DNA from: Anthoceros angustus
Taxonomy: Eukaryota > Plantae > Anthocerotophyta
DNA length: 64,000 bases
Reading direction: 5' to 3'
Assembly (NCBI GenBank): GCA_010909165.1
Contig: VJWM01000068.1
Span: 868,001-932,000, forward strand
In this document: piece after piece, positions 1 to 17,290 of the stretch
Numbering within the stretch: position 1 is the stretch's first letter
Layout: every line of letters starts with the position of its first letter
Made by a program: the position numbers and the translations under genes
Notes under the pieces: model-generated
Databases searched by the model: none
The model's input: the letters and a program-made list of their open reading frames with translations, nothing else
Told to the model about the DNA's origin: nothing

Positions 1-1235
1 GTTGAAGGATTCTTCTTCAACTGTACCTGCCTGATATACACACATACTTCACGTCTGGTGAATGAAACGCCCCGGGGTAGTTATCCTCGATGTAGTTGAG
101 AAGGCCCCTTGTTTGGTCAACAACACCCTTCACCCCCTTAGGTGGTGGCCTGCATCATCATGCACAGCAGCAGATTCCAAGCATGTTCAGGATATTGAGC
201 GTGGAGCCTGACTGATCAAACCACGAAGCAAAACAAGAGCAGAACCACTTTTGTGACGGATGGATTCCAGTTCCAGTACAAGTGTGGGCTTCCGAGAGTC
301 AAGAGCAGAGCAACATCGTGGATGCCAATTTCACCCAGGTACAGCCGAGCCAGCCATCCACCTGCAGAATGGCCGATTACCGACACCTTGGCATCTGCAC
401 AAGGGAATCAACCTTCAACAGACAATTCAAATGCAGCTCAAAAGCAGTTCAAAGGTTTTCCAATCTGCACAGGAGAAAGCGAAAATGAAAAATTACCAGC
501 CTGAGGGCAGAATGCTTTGGCTTGCTCTATGGCTGTTTGTACCTTGTCCAAGTACCTGAAAATTTGCATGCAACATTCGCATTGCATGCAACCACAGTCA
601 CCATCATGCCGGAGTCTTACCATGGGCTCTGCAATGAAAAACCTCCATCAGCTTACCAGTCAAGAACAGGTCTGGGACGCAGATTCCCAGTCCAGTATTC
701 TGCTTCCAGCAAGCCGGCAGCATTTCGAAGCCAGTCCGGGCGGGACACCTTGGCGACTGTCACGGACAGCCCTCTGGCGCTGAGAGAGGCTCCCAGCGAC
801 GTGTAGTCAGCTGAATTGTTCCCCAAGCCCTGGACGACATAGGGCCGGAAGCTTAGGAAATCCAGGATCAGCACACTTGTTGGCATGGGAAGAAGTTGCC
901 TGTCAATGTGCCGGCCAATGTTGCAATCTAAATTCGTGGATTTCTCTTCACAAAGATCAATCCAAGCAGCCAGCGATCGAGGCAATTCCATGCATGAGAT
1001 GGGAATTCACCGGAAGGATGACAACCGGACGGTACGCAAGCGACCTCCCGGCTTCTCCCTCGGCATCACCATCCACTTCCTCACGCTGAGTGCTCACCGA
1101 CACCGCCCGAATTCGGCAGCCAGAGGCTCCCCGTCCGAGCCCACAGCGGAGCTGTTGCTGCTGGATTTGCTCCCCGCGCACCTTGTGGATGGGGGCAGCA
1201 AATGTGGCAGCCTGCGACGCCAGACTCGCCACCAT
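1..1235 (-). CDS. PGAP1-like alpha/beta-hydrolase (lipase/esterase family), probable plastid transit peptide; multi-exon, 3' end beyond the left window edge
   Basis: ATG at 1235. Spliced reading: MVASLASQ...YRPVVILP|GLGNNSADY...RPDWLRNAAGL...RPVLDW|YLDKV...|GKVSVIGHSAGGWLAR (GxSxG nucleophile elbow)...LLTLGSPH|PPPKGVKGVVDQTRGLLNYI. GT-AG introns. Confidence 0.85.
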
Positions 1236-1728
1236 TATTGCTGGTGCCGGAGCCTGAGTCTCAGCGTGAGCCTGAAGCCTTTACTACTGCTGCCAGAGCA
1301 ACAGACACGGAAGGCAAAGCGCTCTGAGATGGCGATCCCTAGACATACCCGATTTCTAAATGCAAAAAGTGACATTCCTTGCTTGGCTTGCCTGCATGCT
1401 GAGCATATCAATGTCCCAGCCCGGGGACAATCGAGAATGCCGGCCGGGCAGTTGAGCTGTTTGCATTTCGTCATGGTTTGCTATCCTGTGTCTGGTCTCC
1501 ACATGCATATGCAGGCAGCTTTGCGCGACTCGTGCTCGATGGCCCATTTACTTCCTTCAGTTACTGCTCAACAAGAGCTCACCTAATGCGATGTTCACAT
1601 TGCCCACATGTGCAGCAGGTACTGTTCACCTGCTCAACTGGCTCGATGCAACGCAGTGCTAAGGGACAGCATATGTACTCGGGGAGCGTAGTAGCATAGC
1701 CAGGAACCCACATGGATACTCATTCCAA

Positions 1729-4700
1729 TTAAATGGCAGCAGTCCTGTAGTTCTCCTCAAAGGGATTCCGGCCTAGTACCTTTGCAAACACTTGCTGCAA
1801 GACATGAGCAGGACTCGGTGTCGCTTCACCTTTTGATCTCCAGGCTATGTGGTTGTCAGGTCTCACCAGAATCGCTCCAGAATCAGGAATCCCACATGAC
1901 TGCCACCATGGCTTGGACGTTTCTTCAGCATATAGTACACTGGCATGGTGATCATGGAAGTGACAGGTGTCTGTGAAAAACAAGCGCATTGACTGAGTCA
2001 GCTTCTGAAGCCTAAGCTTCCTCTACTATGTGCGACACTAAAATGCATTCCTTACACTCCTAAGGCATTTACAAAGTCAGACTTTCTGCCGTCCCACATG
2101 CCCTCTCACCTGATTCTTTACTCTGCTGCAGTTTTGCCTCCAGATGTAGCCTTGAGAATCCCGCAGGGCCGATGAACACGGTTTTCAGCACCACACCTAA
2201 TGTTGGAGCTATTTTGAGGCCAGCACAAGCCCAATTGCAGCCAGTCTCATTAGGCGCCACAAATAGGACAAACTCTACATGGTCGATGCTTATGAGATCC
2301 AGCGTGGAGAGACGTTTCTGCCCCCATTGAACAAACAACATCATCCAATTCAGTGTGACGTTACTGCATAAGGACTTCAATAACCTGGCAATGTCCGATA
2401 ATGTCACATACCTTGCTCGCTGTAGCTGCATCACTATCAGTCAGCCAGACATCCATGTGCGGAAGACGTGAACCAGGCAAGGTGGAAGGGACATATTCTT
2501 CTCGTCGACCTGAGGGCTCCTTGCGGTTAGCCAAATTTTCTCCCGTGGATTCAGCTACAATGGCCCCTTCTGTATACCTGGGAGGTGATCGGATTCACGA
2601 AGCATTACATCAGAAGCACGAGAACCCACTGGGTATCCAAATGCACCCTCAAGCTCTTCCATAGAGTCAGGGAGGGATGCGAGAGCCCACCTAAAGCCAA
2701 GGTCTTCAGCAGGAAACTGAAGCTGCAAGCTCCTTCCTTCTTCCAGGATCTTCTTAACTTGGGCCAATCGTGCTGATGCTAGGGGGTTGTACTTGTTTAG
2801 AAAGAGTGGTGAAACCTGTGACCGCCCAATGGCAAGAAGGCCATCCATAATGTTACTCTGCATGTTCCTTGAGAGCCAGGAGCCGGTAGCACTGTTCAAC
2901 ACTGTGTGCACAACCCTAGCCCAGGCCACGAAAAATACCCAACGTCAAACCGCTGTGAATGATGTCAAACCCACAACCTGTAAGGCACATTAGCAGAGAA
3001 ATAGGTTACAAGCACACCTTGCAGAGGCTGGATTGAGACCCAGAGCTGATGGAATTGCCATTGCTGCTTTAAAATTAGCAACACTGAGAGCAGTGTTTGC
3101 GAGAGCAATCTAACATGCCCAGTGCCACACCAGCTCAGTGTTGCATCCTCATAGCTCGCGCTCGATCAAATCACGAAAGATGCACGGTTGCATTTAAAAA
3201 CTCAACAGTTAAGATGGAATTTCTGTGTATACCGGTCGACGCTCCAGCTCATATGTGTGAAGAAGACTTGGAGGAGCTGATCCATTAAGGGTCAAGCAGA
3301 GCTTCCAGGCCAAGTTGTGAGCATCCTGGATCCCTGTATTCATCCCTGTAAACCAACAGCAAAATTTCTACAAACCATAAATGGACCTGCCAGCCCCTGG
3401 AACACATACAAGAAGAATGTATCCTTGGGCTAGCAAATTACCGAAACCCCCAGCGGGAGGAAATCGATGAGCAGCATCGCCCACCAGAAAGACGTGAGCG
3501 TTGCTACTGACAAACTTTTCAGCGACCTGTGCATGCATAGTCCACTGTCTCACTGCTAGCACCTCCACAGGTATATTGGAAATCCCTGCTGCACTTCGGA
3601 TGACATCTCTGCACACCTGCAATGACATTGATGTATCCCAAAGTTAGCAACGATCTGCACAGAATATTGTTGCACACATAGGGAAAAGAACAGGTAGAGA
3701 GATTGCATTGGGAGAGAAGTCTTGTAATGACTGCTGAGGCGGAAATATTGGTATCTGTTCCAACCAAGAAAACAAACTGATGAGACAAACTAGGCCTAAT
3801 CCTTGAGTGCACAAGATCAACATCAGAAGGCCTTAAGAAGTACAGGGTGAAGAGGCACCTGAATAACAAACTCCCCAGCCTCAAGGTCGTGCGCAACGAC
3901 CACAGCGATCACATTGGAGTTGAAAACAAAGTAAAGCATTCCAGGTTCAGTATGGACAAGATGCTGCCCCAGTTCCTTGCTCAAAAAATGAACACTGATA
4001 AGGTGTTGCATGTCTTCCACCCCTTCCATCGTTAACCCCATCAACCTTCTAATAGAGCTTCCAGCACCATCAGCAGCTACCAGATAATCAGCTCTGAAAT
4101 ACATGGGATCCACTAGATTGCTTTCCACAGGTTTTACGGTTGCCACAATTCCGCTGTTAATGGGCTCAAAGGAGACAAACTCATGACCCAACAATACACC
4201 AGATGGCGACTCCTTGTTACCCAAAGCCTGTGACTGCCTTGTGGCACGATGATACAAGAGTGGTAAAAGTCTATGCTGGGAAAAGTGAGCAACATGTTCT
4301 GGACTCCGTGGATGCCCAATGTCTGCAGGTACGAAAGGACAGTTCTGACCGATGAGCTTCGTAGTTCCATGTCTGGGAACAATTCACGGCTACCATTCAT
4401 GGTTAATTGAAAAAGAACGACAGGATGCAAATTGAACTTGTTTGTCGCATTGCACATTCTAAAGCACCATGGGACCGTCAGAATAGCAAGTCCAGCCGAA
4501 TCATACCACTAGGATGGAGATGATCCACAGTTCCAAGAACAGGACCAGAAAGCGTGGTGCAGTACACGAACCTGCGCCAGTGCTCCAAAGGTGGCTGCAA
4601 AGCCATGATCTCCTCAGCCAGTCCATCCATTTTCCTGAAAATCTGCACAAGAAACAATAACCGGACATCTCTAAGGCAACAGGCCGTGGCAAGCATCGGC

Positions 4701-5115
4701 CAAAGTGCAATTCTGCCATGGATTCCACATGTCACCTCCATGGTGCGGTTATTTATAAAGTGGGCTTGAGGATGCTGAGACAGCTTGGCCATCCTTTCGA
4801 TCACCAATGATCTGACCCCTGTCGAGCAATTCCTCATACAGAGTGAGTGAGCTCCAGAACGTCCCCGCAAGCTGGAAGCCCATATATGCAGCAAAATTCA
4901 CCAGCTACAAGCGACGTCGCAGACTCACCAAGTTTTGACAGCAGAATTGACAGAGTGAGACCCACTGGACCAGCACCTACAATAAGCACTGGCACATGCT
5001 TTTGCTGTGCACCGGAAGCCTTGATTGCAGGGACTTGGCCATCCACTGAGGAGGAAGAGAGCCATCGGCGTGCAGAGCGAGCAGAAAACGAGCAGAAGCA
5101 CCTAAAAGACCGCAT
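1729..5115 (-). CDS. FAD-dependent monooxygenase (PHBH/phenol-hydroxylase family, similar to Arabidopsis EMB2421-type), multi-exon, probable mitochondrial presequence
   Basis: VLIVGAGPVGL (FAD Rossmann), YLVAADGAGSSIR (DG motif), VFLVGDAAHRFPPAGGFG|MNTGIQDAHNLAWK (GD motif), PGSRLPH, C-terminal AILVRPDNHIAWR. R/S-rich N-terminus from ATG 5115; stop at 1729. Confidence 0.9.
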
Positions 5116-5280
5116 TCCGCCTAGGTGCTAGTTTTCTGTTTCTGGGAAACCGCGCTGTTTTCACCAACGGAACTGGGAACCAGGACGAGGGCAAGCACGG
5201 TCTGCCCTAACAGATCCCGCCATTTCGACACCCTTTCGAACGCACACCATCACGATCGATCATTCATGGCCTGAAGCTTG
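5116..5280. promoter_or_regulatory. Probable bidirectional promoter between the monooxygenase and IscA genes
   Basis: Only 165 bp separate the two divergent ATGs (5115 minus, 5281 plus). Confidence 0.6.
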
Positions 5281-5868
5281 ATGGCGTATCCCGCGTCCCG
5301 GCAATCAGCCTCTCGCTTGCAGCGAGCAATTTTCAGAAGATTCAGGGCTGTGCCGAGGGATTCCCCGTCTGCTTCGCGCGCTGCAGCTTTTGCGCGGGTA
5401 GCACCATGTGAGGACACGCATCCAGTCCGCGAGGGCGAGATCAGGAGACAAGCTTGTGTTGGCATGTGGAGGACGGAAAGGTGGAGGCTCATGTCCAGTG
5501 TCGCCGTCGTGGATTCACTCTCCTCCTCTTCATCGGAAGGTCTGACCATCACGGACAGCTGCATCAGACGGCTCAGGGACATTCAGAAGGAGGAGAAATC
5601 GGAGAAGTTGCTGCGGCTGAGCGTGGAGGGTGGAGGCTGTTCAGGCTTTCTGTACTCCTTCTCGTTGGAGGACACTCAGAAACCAGATGACCGAGTGTTC
5701 GAGAGGGACGGAGTGAAAGTGATAGTGGATGACCTCTCCTTCTCCTTCCTCAAAGGGTCCACGATCGACTTCACAGAGGAGCTCATCAGGTCTACCTTTG
5801 TGGTAGTGGGGAACCCGAATTCCACTTCCTCCTGTGGATGTGGGAGCTCTTTCACTGCCAAATCTTGA
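5281..5868 (+). CDS. ISCA2: Iron-sulfur cluster assembly protein IscA-like 2, mitochondrial (A-type carrier); intronless CDS
   Basis: LRLSVEGGGCSGFLY...KGSTIDFTEELIRSTF...NPNSTSSCGCGSSF contains the three A-type carrier cysteines; Arg-rich presequence. Confidence 0.92.
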   Translation: MAYPASRQSASRLQRAIFRRFRAVPRDSPSASRAAAFARVAPCEDTHPVREGEIRRQACVGMWRTERWRLMSSVAVVDSLSSSSSEGLTITDSCIRRLRDIQKEEKSEKLLRLSVEGGGCSGFLYSFSLEDTQKPDDRVFERDGVKVIVDDLSFSFLKGSTIDFTEELIRSTFVVVGNPNSTSSCGCGSSFTAKS

Positions 5869-6262
5869 CTCGGCATTTGCTCCTGACATTTCCAAAACAG
5901 TTTTCTGCGCCTGTACAGTTCCATCTTTCATTCCCCATTTGCTGCATGTCACACATAAGCACCTTCTCCTAAGCTGCACATGCAGCAGCTCCCTGTCTTG
6001 TATGCTTTTGGAATCTGATGCAAACAGAGGCAAGGCAGGCGCAAGCAGGCTATCTTTCGGATCCGTTGCCTCGTAGTTTTTCCTCGCTCTGATCACACAG
6101 ACGAGCTTCCTGGTGTATCCTAGATGATGGTTCCTTCTGTTGTGTGGGCTAATGAAGAAGACTTTTAGAATATACAATAATGTAATACCCGTTTAAAATA
6201 GCTAAAACAACTCCTTTTCCGTCTTCCTGCAATTGCACGCCCAGTCGAGGAGCTACACGGCC

Positions 6263-7589
6263 ATGGCGGACGAGGAGCGACAGCAGGAGGTGCATGTGTT
6301 CTGGGACGAAGGTATGCTGGCTCACGCGCCAGATGGCGGCGTCTTCGATACGCTTCACGATCCAGGCATTCTGGCGGTGCTGGATCAGCACCCCGAGAAC
6401 GCGGATCGCGTGCGGAACATTGTGTCGATCCTACGGCGGGGTCCGATCGCACCTCTCGTCCGGTGGCATGCAGGGCGCGCTGCGGAGATCGAGGAGCTTC
6501 TGTGCTTTCACTCGCAAGGTTCGTGCAGAGCGCCCGTCCCCGCCGCATGTTCCCGCCTTGCGTTGTAGGGGCTAAGAGAGAGCCTGCGTGGCGATGGCCG
6601 CGCAGACTACATTCAGCAGCTGGTGGAAGCGGACGCAGCGGGGGGAGCGGTGATCTGTCCCGGAACTCAGCTCAATCCGGGGTCATGGCGGGCAGCTCTC
6701 TTGGCGGCGGGCACCGCGCTGGAGGCGATGAAGTTTGTGCTGGAAGGGGAGGGCCGCCTGGCGTACGCTCTGGTGCGGCCTCCGGGACACCACGCGCAGC
6801 CGACGCAGGCAGACGGCTACTGCTTCCTTAACAACGCGGCGCTGGCTGTGCATCTGGCGTTGCAGGCGGGATGTGAGCGGGTGGCTGTTGTGGATGTGGA
6901 TGTGCACCATGGGAACGGGACGGCCGAGGGTTTCTTGCTCAGGGACGACGTGCTCACCATCTCCCTGCACATGAATCACGGGTCGTGGGGTGACTCGCAT
7001 CCGCAGACGGGGCTTGTGGATGAAGTGGGAATTGGCGAGGGGATCGGCTACAATTTCAATATTCCTCTGCCGAACGGAACTGGCAACAAAGGGTACGAGC
7101 TGGCCATGCTCGAGCTAGTGCTGCCTGCCCTCGCTCGATTCAAGCCGCAGATGATAGTTATGCCAGTTGGTCAAGATTCCAGTGCCGTAAGTTACAGTAC
7201 CATTCCCTCCTCCTTTGCCAAGCCCAAGCTCCAAAATCGGGGGCCTGATTCGTGTTCCAATTTCTCTGCAGTTCGACCCCAACGGGCGCCTATGTTTGAC
7301 GATGGATGGCTACCGACGGCTGGGTCAGATAATGCGGCAGCAAGCTGACTTATTTTGCGGAGGGAGATTGCTCTTGGTGCAGGAAGGTGGTTATCAGCTC
7401 ACATATGTCGCCTATTGTGTGCACGCTATCCTGGAAGGGATACTTCATGTGAAACAACCACTTCTCGATGATCCTCTAGACTCTTATTTAGAGGACGAAA
7501 GCTGGGCTATGAAACGGATACTCGATATAAGAGATGATTTTGATCAGCACGTGGCGGTAGCGCAATCTGAGTCAAGACCTGGTTCGTAG
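6263..7589 (+). CDS. HDA8: Histone deacetylase 8 (RPD3/HDA1 family); 3 exons: 6263-6518, 6606-7186, 7272-7589
   Basis: HPENADRVRN, RPPGHHA, DGYCFLNN, DVDVHHGNGT, GQDSSA|FDPNGR, QEGGY motifs; both GT-AG introns keep the frame. Confidence 0.92.
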
Positions 7590-7728
7590 AGAAGGTCGGA
7601 GTACTTTCTTGCTTGTCGCCCACCATTCAGGTCATGGTTCGTTGTAAAGGGTTGACGAATTATCAACCGTGACCGCTCTTCATAAATGGGAGTCCTCACA
7701 CCGCCTGGGCAAAAATTTGGTGGGTACC

Positions 7729-10011
7729 TCACGTTCGATGCAGAAAGTACTTTACGGCCTCATAGAATGAAACGACTATTGCTACAGAGGGCCCAGCTCT
7801 GGCCACTCGGGGACCCACCCCTGCAAACAGACTTCGGGCGCCTCCGTCTCTGCATCCGCCCCGCAACCAACGTTAAGCTTACAACTTGGATTTGCTTCAC
7901 ATGTGACCTGTGAAGTCCATCAAACAAAATCACTCACCTCCATACGTCTTTTAGAGTTTGCGACGTACTCATCCGCAAGGCCTTCACCGGATCTTTCTGT
8001 CGGGTCAGAACAACCGGGGTGTCAGCAGGTCACAAGGGCGACTAACATGAGGCAGCATGTGGAAAACCTTTTTCGTAAAGAAGGTAACCTCAATTTGCCT
8101 CCGAGTCTTCACAACATCCAGAGGGCAGGTGGCAGCAGCAGCGAGAGAACCAGCAACAACTCCGGCTGCAATGTTAGCACCCAAAACACTTGAAACGCTA
8201 GGTTGAGGCCCTGCCTTCTCCAGGAGGTTTTGACGCAACTGCAAGACAGCATAGCTTTCTTCATTAGTTTGCCACACAGAAGCAGTTCTAACACATAGTG
8301 CGAGAATCTGCATTCAGCGGATTAGGGACATGAGAAGTGAGGTCTTACTGGTTCTAGGGTGGCCCAGCAAATTGCAGAGAAAGGTACATCACGAGCTAAC
8401 TGTGCACCAACTCCGGTCCAGAGCAACCTCACTCCATGGACTGCAGGGGAACCGGCACCAACAATGTAAAAAACGTTACAGGCAGGGCTTTGTAATTAGC
8501 AAATAGGCATTCAGAGTGGTCTTTAAAGCCATCATCAGAGAAGCCGGGGAACCACAGGTTCTCTGGCACTTACAGGGTCTACTATCACCACCTTTCACGG
8601 TTGAGACAACTTCATTGAGTATTGCATACACTCCTGGGGGGCTTGCGCCTGCCCACTGAGCCTGCTCACAGTTGAACAGACATATTTAATTTGATAGAAG
8701 CAACTGCGAACAGAAATGGATTTTACTACATCACAAGCTGAGTGAACATCTGAGTAGAAAAGGGAGTGAAGCACTTCACCTGCATCCTTGTTTTCGCTAG
8801 CTCAATTGGTGAGCAAACAATACAGGCAAATGATCGAGCCAAGGCTCCAGCAAATGCGGGAGCATAAGGCTTTATGTTGAGTGAACGGCTATCTGAAAAC
8901 TTTTCAATCTTGTCCCGTAGAACATCATAACACGGGAGATAAATGCCAACCTGTCACAAGTGTAGACACCAGGAGACTCTACTTCAATGTCAGACAGCAT
9001 AAGATTCAATGGGAGCGTCACCCAAGCAAACGCACTTTCGGCATACATGCCGCCCAGAGTTTCATACACATGAAAGGGGACATTCTAAGTCCGCTGCCCT
9101 AATCCTACAGGATGTGGTGGTTATTTACCGTGGGGATCGCTATAGCGAGGGCAGCATTTGTGCCTCTCCAAAGCCTGAAAAATCCTTCCTGCACAAAAAC
9201 AAAAACACGGGCAAATCTCACTTGAATGCATCAAGAAACAAAAGTGGACTGAGGAATGAGGCGGAGTCAACACTCAAACCCATCAGGGTATCTAACCTGC
9301 CGTATGACTTTTGAAAACACATCGAAGGTTCCCGTATATTGGAAGCACGAGGGAGGGCAGAGCGGTCCAATGTCAACATTGCCAATCCTAGGACAAACAG
9401 GCGGGCATTTACCCTCTGCGAGGAACTGCATAAAAGCATTGCGATGTCAGGCTTCCTTCAGAAGCGCCGACCGCTTTCACATAGCTGTTGATGTGCAACT
9501 TGCAAGAATACACGAATATAACCTTCTCAGCCAACTCCACCCTGAAGGATCCAGCCCTTGCTAGATCTTGCCATGGCGCGTGTTGAAATGGGACACCCGC
9601 AGACTGGGCTTGCAACCTTGTCTGCACACGCAAGCCACAGTGGCACATACTTTTAACAAGCAGAACCAACCTACCAATTCTGCAGCATTGCAGAGTTTGT
9701 AGCTTAGCCAAAGGAGGAGAACGCAATAAGCTGGACAGGAGACTTGTGCCACTCACCTTTGCGACATCGAGTGGATTTACGATGATAGCCGAAATAAACG
9801 CTGCCCCAGCAGCAGAAATTGCTTTCTCCCTGAAGTCGACGTCCCGAAGCACAGGTCCCTCCATTTGTGGACCAATGTCACTCGACTCATCGGAGGCTCC
9901 GTGATCCTTTTGCTGCTGCGGTTCTGAAGACTTCGGCCCTTCCGAAGCCAGATTTAAGGGATAATCAATACCCCGGGCAGAGGCGTAGGAAGACGGCACC
10001 GGTGTGATCAT
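7729..10011 (-). CDS. MTM1: Mitochondrial carrier protein, MTM1/SLC25A39-40 type, multi-exon
   Basis: Carrier signatures NPLDVAK|TRLQAQ, SPIELAKTRMQ, CPLDVVKTRRQIE; also LWRGTNAAL, LARDVPFSAICW, GVGPRVARAGPSVAIVVSFYE. Stop TGA at 7729-7731. Start at 10011 is the best ATG but is not proven. Confidence 0.88.
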
Positions 10012-11589
10012 CGACTTACTCCACTGACCTGCCTACATGCGTCGAGTTCAACAAAATATCACCAGTGGTTGCGCCTGTATAGCACCACCTCAAAACCCTA
10101 AACCCTGACCAATACGCACTGTGGGACCAATCTGCAATCCACAGGCGCCACCAATGTGTATTGCGGGAGACGCTTCCGAGCAGTGCATTCAATGCTGACA
10201 ACGGTGCGTGACAGAGCCAAAATTCCTGGCCTGATGAGCCTCCCCTTCCCTAACAATGAGTAACCGGCATCCCTGCAACTGCTCCCCTTCCAGGACACCT
10301 CCAGACATCCGCTGCCCAAAAACTTCGACACATTTCAAAGAAGCGTCGATATCCCTCGCAACTACAGCTCGTTGGCAAAATTCGAGACTGCCAGAATCCG
10401 GATTTTCAGAAGGCCTTAGACCTACACAAGCTACCAATCTAGTGATGGGCAATGCAAGCTACAAATAAGGGGAGAGGAGAAGGGGAGGGAGAGGTCCCGT
10501 GCAGCGATCGCCACGTACGGGCGTAAAGAGCCTTCACTTTGTTGCACGCGATGGGGACAACCCGACAGGATGGACAGCCTTTGCTTCAAGGAGGCGACGA
10601 GGGCTCCAGGAAGCAGGACACGAGGCTTCCTTCAACGAAACGCGACACCCAACGAAATACACTACGAATACCGAGGCACCTGGAGGCACGCTGCGTGCTG
10701 CTTCTAGCCCGTGCCACGCTCGTGCCCTTATTTTTTATGACAGCTACATACATACTGTATGATGTATACGTACATACAGAGGAGCCTCATTTGTTGGTGT
10801 ACCTATACAGCAGGTAGGTATTTTTCTTTTCTCGATAACAGCCTTCCAAAACTGGCCAAAATTAACAACTATTTTGTGGTCACAACTGTCCATGCAGGTA
10901 GGGTCCAGTGCACATATAGAATTTTTGTAGGTAATGAATATTCCGCGATGCCTTTAGGGCCGAGGGCACCAGATAGTTCATAGAAAGAACCCAAGTGGCA
11001 GAGGTGTGAGAACGAACAACAGTATGAAGGGTTATCACGAAACAAAAGCTACCCCGAAGAACCAAGTTTTGAAGCGCGACTTCTCACTAGAACTTGACTT
11101 CGAAGCAGATGCGGAGCGTGACCACGAGAATGTTCAATCAGAACCAGTGAAGTTGGGTTCCAAGGCATCCCGTTCCGGAAGTCAGTCAGTTGAAGTACTG
11201 AAAGAGAGTTGAAAGAATCTGGAATGAATTGAGTTTGCCTTTAGAGTTTGAAAGTGGGAACATCGGAAAGGATTCTGCCTCCGGGAGGACAATGTGCCAC
11301 CCCCACCCTTCTTTAGCTGGTAGAAGCTTCTATCTCTTGGAAGAGCCACATCCCAACCTCCCCAGTCTTCTTGCTTCACTAGCAACTGACCTGGGAAGAG
11401 ACGGCGCTTGAGCCAACTCCTGAGATTCCCGAATACCGGCCAGATAGCTTCAGCAAGACTCCAAAGGCATGTCTGTAGTCATGTCTCCTGATGACCGAAC
11501 GCTGTTGGGTTGCATCCTTGACAATCTGCCAAGCCCCTGAGCACTGCCCACCTGCAACTGAGCTCTCTCCCTACCAACATAAATAATGC

Positions 11590-15606
<4,017 letters not shown>

Positions 15607-17275
15607 GGCAGCCGTGTCCAATTCCACGCTTTCCACACTCCTACCGGAGTCGCGCGGACCCAGGGTTTGGCAATGCGAAGAGATAGCAGAAGAGCGTTGA
15701 CCCCTTCCCTCAGGCTGCAGTCCCGTCTGCAACATGGGACAAACAAAATAGATTCTGACTTCCCCCCCTCCGGCACAAAACAATCCCTACACCAGAAGCC
15801 TACACATCACGCCACTGCTCAATCCCTACCTCAACCTAGCACGTCACTCCACCCAAAAAAGAAGCCACAGACCTCTAGAAACCCGATTTCAGCCAAGCTC
15901 AAAGTTGGCATGTTGTCAAAATACCATGCCCTTCAAACATCCTGGCCAGGAGCGCTCTCCTCCGACTTCGGCTCCCGATCTCACACCACAGGCCAACAGC
16001 TCCCCACATATACAGTGCCGTACAACCTCGAAAAAGCTCTATCTCGATATTTCCTACTTCCCAAGACGAGATCGAGGAGGCCTTAGGGTAATCAACCTGC
16101 ACAGACCATTCTAGTGCTCCCCAGGCCCGGCAGCCTCAAGACAAGTCCGTGTGCCGTGACCAAAGCGTGCCGCGAAAGCACAAATCCAGCACCTTCCTGC
16201 TCCCTACTGGATCTACTGGCGGGAGTGATCCGATGTAGCGAGGAATTAGGCGGAGAAGGCAATCGGGAGCGGAATTGTGGCACACAAGGGCGCGCGCACC
16301 GGGCCCTGCTCTTGATTGCACCAATGGCCTGCCACAGGGCCGGCTGCCGCAGAGAAGCAAAGGTCTGTGGACCAGCGTCTGCTTCCTGCTGTTACCCGCC
16401 CCAAGGCCGCTCGCTCCGCACAGCCCCAAACCACCGGTTTAGGTTCGGCTCGCGATCCTTCCCCGACCCTTCTGCATTTTGACACAAGGTCTAATTATAT
16501 TTATTCGTGGTATTTACTTCATTGGCGAGCCCAACCTACCCAGTCTGGAACATACACATCGTGGTAGGAAATGCTTGCGAACTGATTGAAAATCGCGCTA
16601 TTTGCACAACTCTTTTTGCAGCCTTCCTTTTCAGAGTTAGGTCCTGTCGAGTCAGTTCCTCTAAACGCAGTCCGTTGCAAGTTTCCTCGAGTAAACTACA
16701 AGCCAGCATTTTCCTGGGTTCTTCGACCCTAACGAGGTTCACACAGGATTTTTTGGGCGTTCACCAATTCCATTTAGATACTGCTTTGATCTGGAAAGAG
16801 GGGCATCGGTCCCATGTTCCATCATGGGCTCCGAGTGGTGAGACCCAGTCGTTGGAACACAAATTGCTGCGGAAGCAGCGGCTGGAACAAAGGAGAAAAG
16901 AGGCCCAGCAGGTTGACTTGTTCACATTGTGGAAGAGGGAATCGGAAAAATCACCATAGAGGAAGCAGGGAGGATGGTGCAGCTGTGCGGTAGGCGCGAC
17001 AGTGAGCTTGCTTGCCCGGCACCGATGTCGTGTGGCAGGACCGAACCGATGTGCTTTGCTCCGGTGGCCTGAGCTGCCAGGCTCGGCCGGTGGGCAAGCC
17101 CGGCGAGTGCGGGGGAATTGGCAGCGCATGTCGTGACGAGTGCCGACCAATCCATGCGAATTGCCGGCCTTCGCTTCTACGCTCTCGCCGCTCATTTCGC
17201 CGCTCTGAATGCGTGACATCGCGGTGCGTGCGGCCCCAATACCAGGGCTCCACGAATATGCCTCGGTTGACCGGC

Positions 17276-17290
17276 TTAGGGTTAGGGTTT
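17276..17290. promoter_or_regulatory. Telo-box (AAACCCTA) / short telomere-like motif
   Basis: TTAGGGTTAGGGTTT = reverse complement AAACCCTAACCCTAA, in GC-rich sequence. A similar motif lies at ~10093-10106, upstream of the MTM1 ATG. Confidence 0.5.

Noticed and set aside
16507-16959. ORF ending LEHKLLRKQRLEQRRKEAQQVDLFTLWKRESEKSP
   Set aside because: Non-ATG start, no recognisable family, and it lies in the ECA upstream region.
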